A stretch of 64,000 bases of DNA from sequence record SRR20825006_1517; one strand, written 5' to 3'. The position numbers were made by a program, and so were the translations under genes. Within the stretch, counting starts at the first letter, position 1, and each line of letters opens with the position of its first letter. This document shows positions 1 to 9,001 of the stretch, piece after piece. The notes beneath the pieces were generated by a model. It was not told where the DNA came from. It saw nothing but the letters and a program-made list of their open reading frames with translations, and searched no databases.

Positions 1-420
1 TTTAAAATCCTCTGCTTTTTCCATCGATTCGAAAGAATTCAAAAATTCATCGGGCAGGCCAGTAAGTTTTCTGCTCTTTAAGTCGATCCAAGCGCCCATC
101 ATCTCGCAACGGGCAAAATTTTTACCGTTCTGATCATAAAAGTTGTGCCTAAACTCAAAGAACTTCCCATCCTTGCTCATCCCAACAAATTCCAATGATA
201 CTCTTACGGGCATACCCGGAAAAGCCTCTTTAAAATAATATACGTGCTCATAAAACACAACCGGGCCAATATTATGGGCGCCCATACTTTTTTGGTTAAA
301 GCCGAGCAATCCCAAATAAGCCATTCGGGTATGGCTCATAAAATTGATATAGGCCGAATTCGCCAAGTGTCGATTAGCGTCCGTATCGCTCCATCTGATC
401 TCAAATTCTTTAAAAAACAT
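1..420 (-). CDS. Acyl-CoA thioesterase (4HBT/hot-dog family), 3'-truncated by window edge
   Basis: Not in the ORF track. Manual translation from ATG at 420 gives MFFKEFEIRWSDTDANRHLANSAYINFMSHTRM, the 4HBT R-x-x-D-x-D-x-x-x-H-x-x-N-x-x-Y motif; the frame appears open to position 1. Confidence 0.88.
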   Translation of the reverse strand, partial: MFFKEFEIRWSDTDANRHLANSAYINFMSHTRMAYLGLLGFNQKSMGAHNIGPVVFYEHVYYFKEAFPGMPVRVSLEFVGMSKDGKFFEFRHNFYDQNGKNFARCEMMGAWIDLKSRKLTGLPDEFLNSFESMEKAEDFK

Positions 421-434
421 AGCGGGTTATTTTG

Positions 435-448
435 TTATGCATGCATAA
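435..448. promoter_or_regulatory. Perfect 14-bp palindrome TTATGCATGCATAA, candidate repressor operator
   Basis: Seen directly, in the divergent region just upstream of the thioesterase start. Confidence 0.6.
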
Positions 449-538
449 TAATTGTAAAAATACCATAGTTTTGGAAACTGATTCAAAATTGAAAGAAGAA
501 TTGTTCCTATTTTTAATCATAGTTAAAACAAAAGAACC

Positions 539-1513
539 ATGAGCCAAAAAGCTGAATTCATCAAAAATCTATCGCTTCCTGTTATTGCTGCCCCAATGTT
601 CCTGATTTCCGGACCAAAATTGGTGGTGGAATGTTGCAAAAATGGGATTGTGGGTACTTTCCCCGCCCTAAATCAACGGACAAGCGAAGGTTTTGAGGAA
701 TGGCTCGTCCAAATAAAATCGGAGTTGAAGGCCTTTGAAGAGGAAACCGGTAAAAAAGCGGCCCCGTTTGGTGTAAATCTAGTTGTCCATCCCACAAACC
801 CAAGGCTCGAGGCCGATGTAAAACTATGCATCAAACATCAGGTTCCATTGGTTATTACCTCCCTCGGCGCCGTAAGTCAGGTGGTAGATGCCATCCACAG
901 TTATGGTGGTTTGGTCTTTCATGATATCATTAAAAAGCGACATGCGGAAAAAGCAGCCGAAGCCGGAGTGGACGGTCTCATTTTAGTCTCTGCCGGAGCG
1001 GGCGGACACGGAGGCACCATAAACCCAATGAGTTTGATTGCCGAAGTCAAGAAATTCTTTGACAAGACCATCATCCTTTCGGGATGCATCAGTACGGGAA
1101 GGGATGTAGCTTCTGCATTGCAAATGGGGGCCGACCTTGCCTATATGGGCACCCGTTTTATCAATACCGAAGAAAGTAAAGCCACGGAAGAATACCGAAA
1201 AATGATCATTGATGCCGGCGCCAGTGATGTGGTCTACACTGCGGCCATTTCCGGAGTGCACGCCAATTTTTTGGCCGCAAGCTTGCAGGCGGCCGGAATT
1301 ACCGAAGAGGATTTGAAAAAAGACACAAAAATCGATTTTGGAAAGGAACTCGACACCGAGGCCAAAGCATGGAAAACCATTTGGTCGGCCGGACAAGGTG
1401 TAACTACCATTGATAACGTATTACAGGTATCCGAACTTGTCGGAAATTTGAAAAAAGATTTCAAAATGGCCATTGAATCGCAGGCACAGCTCTTAAAAAT
1501 ATATCCAAAGTAA
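539..1513 (+). CDS. Nitronate monooxygenase / FabK-like flavin-dependent oxidoreductase
   Basis: PVIAAPM, AGAGGHGG and GADLAYMGTRF motifs. Confidence 0.9.
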   Translation: MSQKAEFIKNLSLPVIAAPMFLISGPKLVVECCKNGIVGTFPALNQRTSEGFEEWLVQIKSELKAFEEETGKKAAPFGVNLVVHPTNPRLEADVKLCIKHQVPLVITSLGAVSQVVDAIHSYGGLVFHDIIKKRHAEKAAEAGVDGLILVSAGAGGHGGTINPMSLIAEVKKFFDKTIILSGCISTGRDVASALQMGADLAYMGTRFINTEESKATEEYRKMIIDAGASDVVYTAAISGVHANFLAASLQAAGITEEDLKKDTKIDFGKELDTEAKAWKTIWSAGQGVTTIDNVLQVSELVGNLKKDFKMAIESQAQLLKIYPK

Positions 1514-1519
1514 TAATCA

Positions 1520-2479
1520 ATGCCCCAACTTACTTCCAATTATGTACCCCCGTTTCTTTTTAGAAACGGTCATTTTGCCACCATCTATTCGGGTATTATC
1601 CGTTCGGTGAACGGTGTTGTTCAAAAAAGGGAGCGTATCATTCTTTCAGATGGCGATTTTTTGGATCTGGACTGGAGCGATTCACCCACAATCACCCAAA
1701 AATTAGTGATTTTGCTCCATGGCCTTGAAGGAGATGCCCAACGCCCCTACATTACAGGAAGTGCCAAAATACTGAATCAAAATGGATATGATACCTGTGC
1801 CGTGAATTATCGCAGCTGTAGCGGAGAACCCAACAAAATGTACCGTTCCTACCATTCAGGCGCCACGGAAGATTTAAGGGACGTAATCGACCATACCCTG
1901 AACACTAAAAACTACACGGAAATTTATTTGAAAGGCTTCAGTTTAGGGGGTAATCTATTGCTCAAATATTTAGGCGAAGGCAACGATATTCCAAAGCAAT
2001 TGAAGGGCGCTGTGGCTGTTTCCGTTCCTTGCAATCTTCATGATTCCTGCAAGCAATTGCTAAGTCCAAAAAATATATTGTACGCCATCAGGTTCAAAGG
2101 AAACCTATTGACCAAACTTCGTCAAAAACAACAGTTGTTTCCTGAAAAGATTACCGATTCCGACATCAAAAAAATTAAGACCTTAAAAGATTTTGACGAT
2201 ATCTACACTAGTCGCGCCCATGGTTTTAGAGATGCCATTGACTATTATCAAAAATCCAGTTCTCTCCAATTTTTACCTGCGATTCTAGTTCCAAGTCTAA
2301 TCATCAATGCAAAGAACGATTCGTTTTTGGGCAAGGAGTGCTTCCCCTTCAAGGAAACGGAAAAAAACCCTTCACTCTATTTGGAAACCCCAACATTTGG
2401 TGGTCATGTAGGTTTTTGGGGCAAAAAAAACATTACTTACACAGAAAAAAGAGCGTTGGATTTTTTCGATTCCCTATAA
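1520..2479 (+). CDS. YheT-family alpha/beta hydrolase
   Basis: LLHGLEG, nucleophile GFSLGG, NAKND and GGHVGF motifs. Confidence 0.9.
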   Translation: MPQLTSNYVPPFLFRNGHFATIYSGIIRSVNGVVQKRERIILSDGDFLDLDWSDSPTITQKLVILLHGLEGDAQRPYITGSAKILNQNGYDTCAVNYRSCSGEPNKMYRSYHSGATEDLRDVIDHTLNTKNYTEIYLKGFSLGGNLLLKYLGEGNDIPKQLKGAVAVSVPCNLHDSCKQLLSPKNILYAIRFKGNLLTKLRQKQQLFPEKITDSDIKKIKTLKDFDDIYTSRAHGFRDAIDYYQKSSSLQFLPAILVPSLIINAKNDSFLGKECFPFKETEKNPSLYLETPTFGGHVGFWGKKNITYTEKRALDFFDSL

Positions 2480-2502
2480 TTCAAACGTTTTCAGAAGCGG
2501 TG

Positions 2503-2520
2503 TTGTGATGATCGACACAA
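2503..2520 (+). promoter_or_regulatory. Crp/Fnr-like site TTGTGA-N6-ACACAA upstream of cytochrome c
   Basis: One mismatch to TGTGA-N6-TCACA, about 30 nt upstream of a TATCTTAG -7-like box. Confidence 0.4.
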
Positions 2521-2595
2521 AAACACCAAGATTATTAATGGCTAATTACTATCTTAGTGCCTTAGATTACACAAACAAACTTCAATAGAATCAGA

Positions 2596-3075
2596 ATGAA
2601 AAAAATTGTAATGTTCTTGGCATTAGGAGCCATGATAGCGAGCTGCGGAGGTAAAAAAGAAGAGAAAAAAGATGGTTTTGAAGTAAGCCGCACCAAAACT
2701 GAAGATACCAAAGCCCAATCTAAAGAAGGTGTACCCGTTGATTTGGATAACAAAGGTGTAGGCCCTATAACCGACCTAGATTTCCCTGAAGAGATAAATG
2801 AAGAAATGGCCGCTAGGGGCAAAGCAAAATTTGACGCCATTTGTGTGGCTTGTCATATGATAGACCAACGAATGATCGGCCCAGCTTTAAAAGGTGTCTA
2901 TGACAGAAGAAGTCCAGAATGGGTAATGAACATGATTCTAAACCCTGACGGAATGTTGAAGGAAGACCCTATTGCAAAAGCTTTGTTGAAAGAGTATAAC
3001 AACGCTATTATGCTTAATCAAAATCTTACTGAAGATGAGGCAAGGGGCGTTGCCGAGTACTTGAGAACACTGTAA
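2596..3075 (+). CDS. Monoheme cytochrome c lipoprotein
   Basis: Lipobox (MIASC), CVACH heme motif and GPAL motif. Confidence 0.9.
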   Translation: MKKIVMFLALGAMIASCGGKKEEKKDGFEVSRTKTEDTKAQSKEGVPVDLDNKGVGPITDLDFPEEINEEMAARGKAKFDAICVACHMIDQRMIGPALKGVYDRRSPEWVMNMILNPDGMLKEDPIAKALLKEYNNAIMLNQNLTEDEARGVAEYLRTL

Positions 3076-3096
3076 CAAACCAACTCTTTTATATGT

Positions 3097-3135
3097 AAGA
3101 GCTGCTGCTTTTTAGAAAAACAGCAGCTTTTTTTT
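3097..3135 (+). terminator. Intrinsic terminator
   Basis: AGCTGCTG...CAGCAGCT stem followed by a T-run. Confidence 0.8.
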
Positions 3136-3160
3136 ATTACCTTGATACAAACTTTAGGTG

Positions 3161-3868
3161 ATGAAAAAGATATTCCTTTTAGTATTAGGTTTGTTAACCG
3201 GTCCCATTCTGCTTTCACAAAATCTACATGGCGCATGGACTTTTACAGAAACCTCCGATGATGGTGAAGAAGTTGAACACATTCTTATTTTAACCGGTGA
3301 TTTTTTTTCAGAGGCCTTTTATGAGAAAACCTATGGAAAATTCTTGGGAACAAAAGGCGGAAGCTACACGCTAACAGATGAAAGCATCGAATTCACTTAC
3401 GAATTTTCTACTCAAGATTCAGGAATCGTCGGAAAAACTGATCCTAAACCCTATAAATTGGTCGAGAATGGTCTTCAATTGAACGGAACAACTTGGACCC
3501 GTGTTGATGATGGAACTCCAGGAGAACTTTTTGGCGCATGGTTGATATCCGGTAGAAAACGGGATGGCGAAATCGTGAAAAGAGATACTTCCGGGCCACG
3601 AAAGACCATGAAAATTTTGTCCGGGACCCGATTTCAATGGATAGCCTACAATACCGAAACCAAAGAGTTTATGGGAACCGGAGGAGGCACATATACTACC
3701 ATTGGCGGAAAATACACTGAAAACATCGGTTTCTTTTCCAGGGACGATTCCAGGGTGGGGGCCAGTTTAGAATTCAATTATGATTTAAAAGAGGGAGATT
3801 GGCATCATTCTGGTTTAAGCAGCAAAGGAGACCCTATTTATGAAGTGTGGAGCAAACGAAAGTTATAA
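3161..3868 (+). CDS. Secreted hypothetical protein with two tandem lipocalin-like repeats
   Basis: Signal peptide; repeats LHGAW...GTKGGSYT and LFGAW...GTGGGTYT. Confidence 0.75.
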   Translation: MKKIFLLVLGLLTGPILLSQNLHGAWTFTETSDDGEEVEHILILTGDFFSEAFYEKTYGKFLGTKGGSYTLTDESIEFTYEFSTQDSGIVGKTDPKPYKLVENGLQLNGTTWTRVDDGTPGELFGAWLISGRKRDGEIVKRDTSGPRKTMKILSGTRFQWIAYNTETKEFMGTGGGTYTTIGGKYTENIGFFSRDDSRVGASLEFNYDLKEGDWHHSGLSSKGDPIYEVWSKRKL

Positions 3869-3960
3869 GGGAGATTTAATCCGCCCATAACCATCGTAAA
3901 ATCAAACAATGGGGATTTTTTAGTATTTTTCTGAAACATTAACCATTAATTTCTGTCAAA

Positions 3961-4380
3961 ATGAAAACTACCATTATCCTATTTTTTTCTGCTGTTTTGT
4001 TGGCAGAATCCTGCGGTGAAGCTAAGTCTAGTGCGGAAGCGCTTTATGGTCCTACTTGGGAACTTGAATATATTTCCGGGCCACGTATTGCTTTTGAAGG
4101 GCTTTTCCCAGAAAAAAAACCACAGATCACTTTTGATAAAGAATCGGGCAAAGTATCGGGCACCGATAGCTGTAATGGTTACTCTGCAGATTATGAGCTG
4201 GCCGAAAACACCATAGTTTTTGGAGACCCGGGCCCAACCACTATGATGTTCTGCGGAGGTAGCGAACGACAATTTCTGGAAATGATGAAAAAAATAGATG
4301 GTTATTCCTTTGAGGACGGCAAACTTAATCTACTGGTTGGCGAAGTTCCGATGATGCAATTTAAAAAAGTTGGGGAATGA
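3961..4380 (+). CDS. META (HslJ) domain lipoprotein
   Basis: SGTDSCN and TMMFC motifs, lipobox-like Cys. Confidence 0.85.
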   Translation: MKTTIILFFSAVLLAESCGEAKSSAEALYGPTWELEYISGPRIAFEGLFPEKKPQITFDKESGKVSGTDSCNGYSADYELAENTIVFGDPGPTTMMFCGGSERQFLEMMKKIDGYSFEDGKLNLLVGEVPMMQFKKVGE

Positions 4381-5192
4381 AAAGAGCTCTATTCCTAGTC
4401 GGTATTTTCCTCATCTTTTCAAATTGTGCCGAGAAAAAGAAACAAGAACCGACCGAAGCATCCGAAGAAATCACTTTGGACACTCTTAAAGTAGAAGAAG
4501 AGCGAACTATGGAACCCTTGGCCGTGCAACCGGACGGCAGTTACTTCAAGGCTACTGGGACCGAACCTTTCTGGGGAATCAAGATTTACAAAAACAAGAT
4601 TGAGCTTCAGACCATGGAGGATACTATTGTTACTCCTCCTTCCGAAGCCATCAAAGCCCAAGATGCCAATATTAAGATGTTCCGTATTAAAACCGAGGCC
4701 ACCGAAATGGATGTGATCATCTCACATAAAGAATGTACCAATGCCATGTCGGGCGAAGTATTTCCATATACCGTAACCGTTTCCTATAAAAATACGGGAG
4801 GTGGGGATAGCCGGGTTTTGGAAGGGTGTGGTTCGTATATCACGGATTACAGACTCCATGATATCTGGGTGTTGGAAAAAATGAAAGGAGCTTCAGTCTC
4901 AAAAGATGACTTTAATAGCGGTGACGTTCCCAATATGGAGGTAAACATCAATGACAATAGGTTCTCTGGTTTTTCAGGATGCAATCGAATGACGGGCAGC
5001 TTGTTTTATGAAAATGACGTGCTCCGATTTACACAGGTAGCCTCAACCCGAATGGCTTGTCCCGGCATGGAAAAAGAATCCGAATTCCTTATGGCCTTGC
5101 AATCGGCCACTTCCTATAAAATTGAAAACAACAGATTATACCTGTCCAATGGCTCCAATGAGAATATATTGGTGTTTAAAAAAATAGATTGA
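4377..5192 (+). CDS. Lipoprotein with GTEPFW (COG3650-like) domain plus META domain
   Basis: ATGTEPFW motif; C-terminal SGFSGCN and STRMAC motifs. Confidence 0.85.
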   Translation: MKRALFLVGIFLIFSNCAEKKKQEPTEASEEITLDTLKVEEERTMEPLAVQPDGSYFKATGTEPFWGIKIYKNKIELQTMEDTIVTPPSEAIKAQDANIKMFRIKTEATEMDVIISHKECTNAMSGEVFPYTVTVSYKNTGGGDSRVLEGCGSYITDYRLHDIWVLEKMKGASVSKDDFNSGDVPNMEVNINDNRFSGFSGCNRMTGSLFYENDVLRFTQVASTRMACPGMEKESEFLMALQSATSYKIENNRLYLSNGSNENILVFKKID

Positions 5193-5194
5193 TC

Positions 5195-5671
5195 ATGAAA
5201 AAAATAATAGTTGCATTACTATTGATCACAGCTTTTGTAAGCTGCAAGCCCAAGGAAAAAAAAGAGGAAGATAAGACCAGTGAAGAAACTAAAGAAGAAG
5301 TCGTTGAAGTAGCCTCACCTCCAAGCCTGCAAGTCGGTTGCTATTCTTATGATGAAAACGGTAGCAAAGTTGTCTTGGAAATCACCGAAATCAATGACTC
5401 CATCATGGGCAACCTCAATTATGCTTTCAAAGAAAAGGATGCAAACACAGGGACTTTTTCAGGTGTTTTAAAAGATAGTGTACTTATCGGAAGCTACTCC
5501 TTTATGTCGGAGGGAATGGAAAGTTCCCGTGAAGTCGCTTTTTTGGTTAAAGAAAATCAACTTATCGAAGGATTTGGGGAACTGGATGAAACGGGCACAG
5601 GCTTCAAAGACAAGGATAACATAAGCTTTAGTTCTTCCATGCCTTTGACTAAAACTGAATGCAGTCAGTAG
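5195..5671 (+). CDS. Hypothetical lipoprotein
   Basis: Lipobox FVSC; F-M-S-E-G motif seen in Bacteroidetes hypothetical lipoproteins. Confidence 0.75.
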   Translation: MKKIIVALLLITAFVSCKPKEKKEEDKTSEETKEEVVEVASPPSLQVGCYSYDENGSKVVLEITEINDSIMGNLNYAFKEKDANTGTFSGVLKDSVLIGSYSFMSEGMESSREVAFLVKENQLIEGFGELDETGTGFKDKDNISFSSSMPLTKTECSQ

Positions 5672-5716
5672 AGATTCGGAAAAAACATCATATTTTGGAT
5701 GCTAACATTTAAAACT

Positions 5717-6586
5717 ATGGAGGCAAGAGCAACATTTGCACTGGTTTTTCTATTCATCCTTGGCAGCAAGGCCCAAACCGCATCCGATTTAACCATTGTG
5801 TTTAAAGGACAGGCCAAGGTAAATGCGCTTAAAAGCGATAGAAACGCTATAAAATCATTTTTCGGGAACAACCTTGGACGAAAAATCGAATCCGAGGAAA
5901 ATGCGGATCTTGTACATTTTGATGGCGGTGGTTTTGTGAAATTTGCATACCACCCCAAAACAGAGGTGCTTGATTCTACCCAATTCCATAAATCCATACA
6001 ATTGGCCCTCTTGGTGCCTGCTTCTGAATACCAGAGCATTATAGGAACCATCAAAGATTACGGAGCCGCACCCCTGTTTCCCAATATTGAAAAATATAAA
6101 GACCATTCCAAGTACTACTATTTTCATGCTCCTGGAGGCCAGGTGTTTCGTATCGTGAACTCGGTAAACACCTTCCCAAAAAGTGGAGAAGGCTATGTTT
6201 ACGATGCCGAGAAAGCATCTAAATATGGTGCTGATGATTATGGTATGAAAAAATACATTTTTGCCTTCTTAAAACGGGGACCCAATCGTGATCTTCCAAA
6301 AGAAGAAGCTGCCCAATTACAAAATGCCCATTTGCAAAACATTATGCGGCTGGCAGAAGAAGGAAAATTGATTCTCGCCGGTCCTTTTTTTGGGAACGAT
6401 GACCTACGTGGCATCTATATTTTTGATGTGGAAACGTTGGAAGAGGCCAAATCCCTTACCGAAACCGACCCAGCCATTAAAGCGGGAAGTCTGGTGATGG
6501 AACTCAAAGAATGGTACGGGTCTGCAGCACTGATGGAGGTCGCAAAAATTGGAATGACCTTACAAAAGAAATCAATCACCGATTAA
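5717..6586 (+). CDS. Secreted protein, VOC/glyoxalase-like N-domain fused to YciI domain
   Basis: YFHAPGGQVFRI in the N-half; AHLQNI...GKLILAGPF...DPAIKAG (YciI) in the C-half. Confidence 0.7.
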   Translation: MEARATFALVFLFILGSKAQTASDLTIVFKGQAKVNALKSDRNAIKSFFGNNLGRKIESEENADLVHFDGGGFVKFAYHPKTEVLDSTQFHKSIQLALLVPASEYQSIIGTIKDYGAAPLFPNIEKYKDHSKYYYFHAPGGQVFRIVNSVNTFPKSGEGYVYDAEKASKYGADDYGMKKYIFAFLKRGPNRDLPKEEAAQLQNAHLQNIMRLAEEGKLILAGPFFGNDDLRGIYIFDVETLEEAKSLTETDPAIKAGSLVMELKEWYGSAALMEVAKIGMTLQKKSITD

Positions 6587-6595
6587 AGGTCCAAA

Positions 6596-7192
6596 ATGAA
6601 GAAACAGCTCTATTTTTTAATCCTATTTATTTTCATGATCAATCCTAATATTGAAGCGCAAGAATCCATGCTGCCATATAGAGAAATACCTGAATACCCA
6701 TCTGATTTTGGCCCAGGAAACCTAATCTCAAGAATGATAGATGGATTGGGCTATCGATTTTACTGGGCAACCGAAGGTTTGACGGATGACGACCTTACCT
6801 ACAGGGCATCAGAAAATGGACGATCCATTTTTGAAACGGTGGAACACATCAATGTAATGTCCAATAATATCCTATTGGCCCCGGATGCAAAACCTTTTGA
6901 AAAACCCAAAAACACACCCCAATTATCTTTTGAAGAATTGCGCACATTGACACTCAAAAACCTCAAAGCAGCTAGCAAAAAAGTTTTGGGCGCAACGGCA
7001 GAGGATATAGAAAACTACAAGGTAATTTTTAAGCAAGGTGACAAAACATCCGAATTTCCATATTGGAATATGATCAATGGAATGCTATCGGATTGCATAT
7101 ACCATACAGGTCAAATTGTGATGTTGCGTCGTGCCAGTGGCAACCCTCAAAATCCAAATGTAAACGTGTTCCTTGGAAAAACTCGTGAGTAA
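6596..7192 (+). CDS. DinB/YfiT-family protein with signal peptide
   Basis: RSIFETVEHI and YHTGQIVMLRR motifs. Confidence 0.75.
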   Translation: MKKQLYFLILFIFMINPNIEAQESMLPYREIPEYPSDFGPGNLISRMIDGLGYRFYWATEGLTDDDLTYRASENGRSIFETVEHINVMSNNILLAPDAKPFEKPKNTPQLSFEELRTLTLKNLKAASKKVLGATAEDIENYKVIFKQGDKTSEFPYWNMINGMLSDCIYHTGQIVMLRRASGNPQNPNVNVFLGKTRE

Positions 7193-7195
7193 ACC

Positions 7196-8722
7196 CTAAT
7201 TATCAACTACGACTTTATAAGTTGGATCTTCCAAAACGTTGACTTCGATAATATCGTCGGCATTGGCCAACAATCGCCTGCAGTCCCTGCTCAAATGCTT
7301 CAGGTGTACTTTTTTGCCCACTTTTCGGTAACGCTCCGTGATTTTGTTCACGGCTTCAATGGCAGACATATCCACCAATCTACTTTCTTTAAAGTCGATG
7401 ACCACCTCATCGGGGTCGTTCAGTACATCAAACTTTTCGGCAAACAATGTGGTACTTCCAAAGAATAAAGGGCCATAGATCTCGTAGTGCTTCACCCCTT
7501 CATCATCAATGCTTTTTCTGGCACGGATGCGTTTGGCGTTGTCCCACGCAAATACCAAAGCGGAAATAATCACTCCCACCAACACGGCCAATGCCAAATT
7601 ATGAAGGAAAACCGTCACCAAGGTCACCAAAACCATTACCAGAACATCGGATTTTGGCATTCTGCGGAACGTCTTCAAACTAGCCCATTCGAAAGTTCCC
7701 AATGCCACCATGATCATTAATCCTGTTAATGCGGCCATCGGCACTTTTTCAATTAAGCTGGAACCGAACATAATGAATACCAGCAACATTAAAGCGGCAA
7801 AAATTCCAGACAGTCGAGCACGTGCACCATTCGAGGTATTGATCAAACTTTGACCGATCATGGCACATCCGCCCATCCCTGAAAAAAGACCGGAAAGAAT
7901 GTTGGCCGTGCCCTGTGCTACGGCTTCTTTATTACCACGACCTCGGGTTTCGGTAATTTCATCCACAATGTTCAGGGTCAACAAACTCTCAATAAGGCCC
8001 ACTCCCGCCATAATTGCGGCGAAGGGAAATATGATCTGTAAGGTTTCCAAAGTAAAGGGAAGATCGGGAATATGAAAAGGAGGAAATGTTCCTTGGATGG
8101 AAGCAATATCCCCAATAGTGCGTGTATCCAATCCAAAGAAAAATACAATACCGAAAACCAAAAGAATTGCGGCCAATGATGCTGGGACAACTTTGGTTAG
8201 TTTGGGAAGTCCCCAAATCACCAACATGGTCAACAGTACCAACCCCAAGAAAATGTAGAGCGTGCTTCCACTCAGCCATTCGCCATCCACGGTTTGGAAC
8301 TGGCTCATCTGCGACATAAATATGATAACGGCCAATCCGTTCACGAACCCAAAAATAACAGGATGGGGCACCAAACGCATTAATTTACCAAGGCGTAGCA
8401 CACCTGCCAACATCTGTAGTATCCCTGCAAGAATTACGGTGGCAAAAACGTATTCCACCCCATATTGCTGTGCCAAGGTAACGATTACGACGGCCACAGC
8501 GCCTGTAGCTCCAGAGATCATTCCTGGCCTACCTCCCAAAATCGAGGTGACCAATCCCATAACAAAGGCAGCGTACAAACCCGTTAAAGGTGAAAGGCCC
8601 GCAATGAAGGCGAATGCGATGGCTTCGGGAACCAAAGCAAGCGCAACGGTCAAGCCCGATAAAATTTCTGTGCGGTAATTTACTTTTTGGGAAAAATCAA
8701 AAAGGTTGAGATACTTTTTCAT
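7196..8722 (-). CDS. sulP: SulP-family anion transporter (STAS-containing)
   Basis: GLTVALALVPEAIAF, GGRPGMISGATG and GPLFFGS motifs. Confidence 0.93.
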   Translation of the reverse strand: MKKYLNLFDFSQKVNYRTEILSGLTVALALVPEAIAFAFIAGLSPLTGLYAAFVMGLVTSILGGRPGMISGATGAVAVVIVTLAQQYGVEYVFATVILAGILQMLAGVLRLGKLMRLVPHPVIFGFVNGLAVIIFMSQMSQFQTVDGEWLSGSTLYIFLGLVLLTMLVIWGLPKLTKVVPASLAAILLVFGIVFFFGLDTRTIGDIASIQGTFPPFHIPDLPFTLETLQIIFPFAAIMAGVGLIESLLTLNIVDEITETRGRGNKEAVAQGTANILSGLFSGMGGCAMIGQSLINTSNGARARLSGIFAALMLLVFIMFGSSLIEKVPMAALTGLMIMVALGTFEWASLKTFRRMPKSDVLVMVLVTLVTVFLHNLALAVLVGVIISALVFAWDNAKRIRARKSIDDEGVKHYEIYGPLFFGSTTLFAEKFDVLNDPDEVVIDFKESRLVDMSAIEAVNKITERYRKVGKKVHLKHLSRDCRRLLANADDIIEVNVLEDPTYKVVVDN

Positions 8723-8742
8723 GGCTTCTTTCTTGAAGCGCG

Positions 8743-8750
8743 CAAAAGTA
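8743..8750 (-). promoter_or_regulatory. Bacteroidetes -7 promoter element TACTTTTG for sulP
   Basis: Matches TAnnTTTG about 20 nt upstream of the ATG. Confidence 0.65.
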
Positions 8751-8906
8751 GCATTATTAAATGCAAGACCCTAATCGCACGGAAATTTTTAAGGATTTGA
8801 TAATCTAGCAGTTAGTAAGTCCCAATATCTTTTCTCCGAGCGGATTTAATTTGGCGGTATTGTATCGGATTTGTTTCGACAATGTTTCTCTCTGACCTTC
8901 TTGCAT

Positions 8907-8943
8907 GAAAAAATCGCCCTGTGCATGTTTGCCCAAGGCGATT
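8907..8943 (-). terminator. Intrinsic terminator of the 9002-9922 gene
   Basis: Minus strand AATCGCCTTGGGCA-AACA-TGCACAGGGCGATT followed by TTTT. Confidence 0.75.
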
Positions 8944-9001
8944 CTTAACTAAATAACCAACCAAAAAAACTTTTTGTACAGTCGAACAAAGGTGTTCTTC
9001 C

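Noticed and set aside
244-468. 74-aa plus-strand ORF in the track
   Set aside because: It is the antisense shadow of the real minus-strand thioesterase (1-420).
8805-8906. 33-codon minus-strand ORF MQEGQRETLSKQIRYNTAKLNPLGEKILGLTNC upstream of sulP
   Set aside because: It starts directly after a terminator with no promoter or recognisable motif, and sulP has its own -7 box downstream of it.
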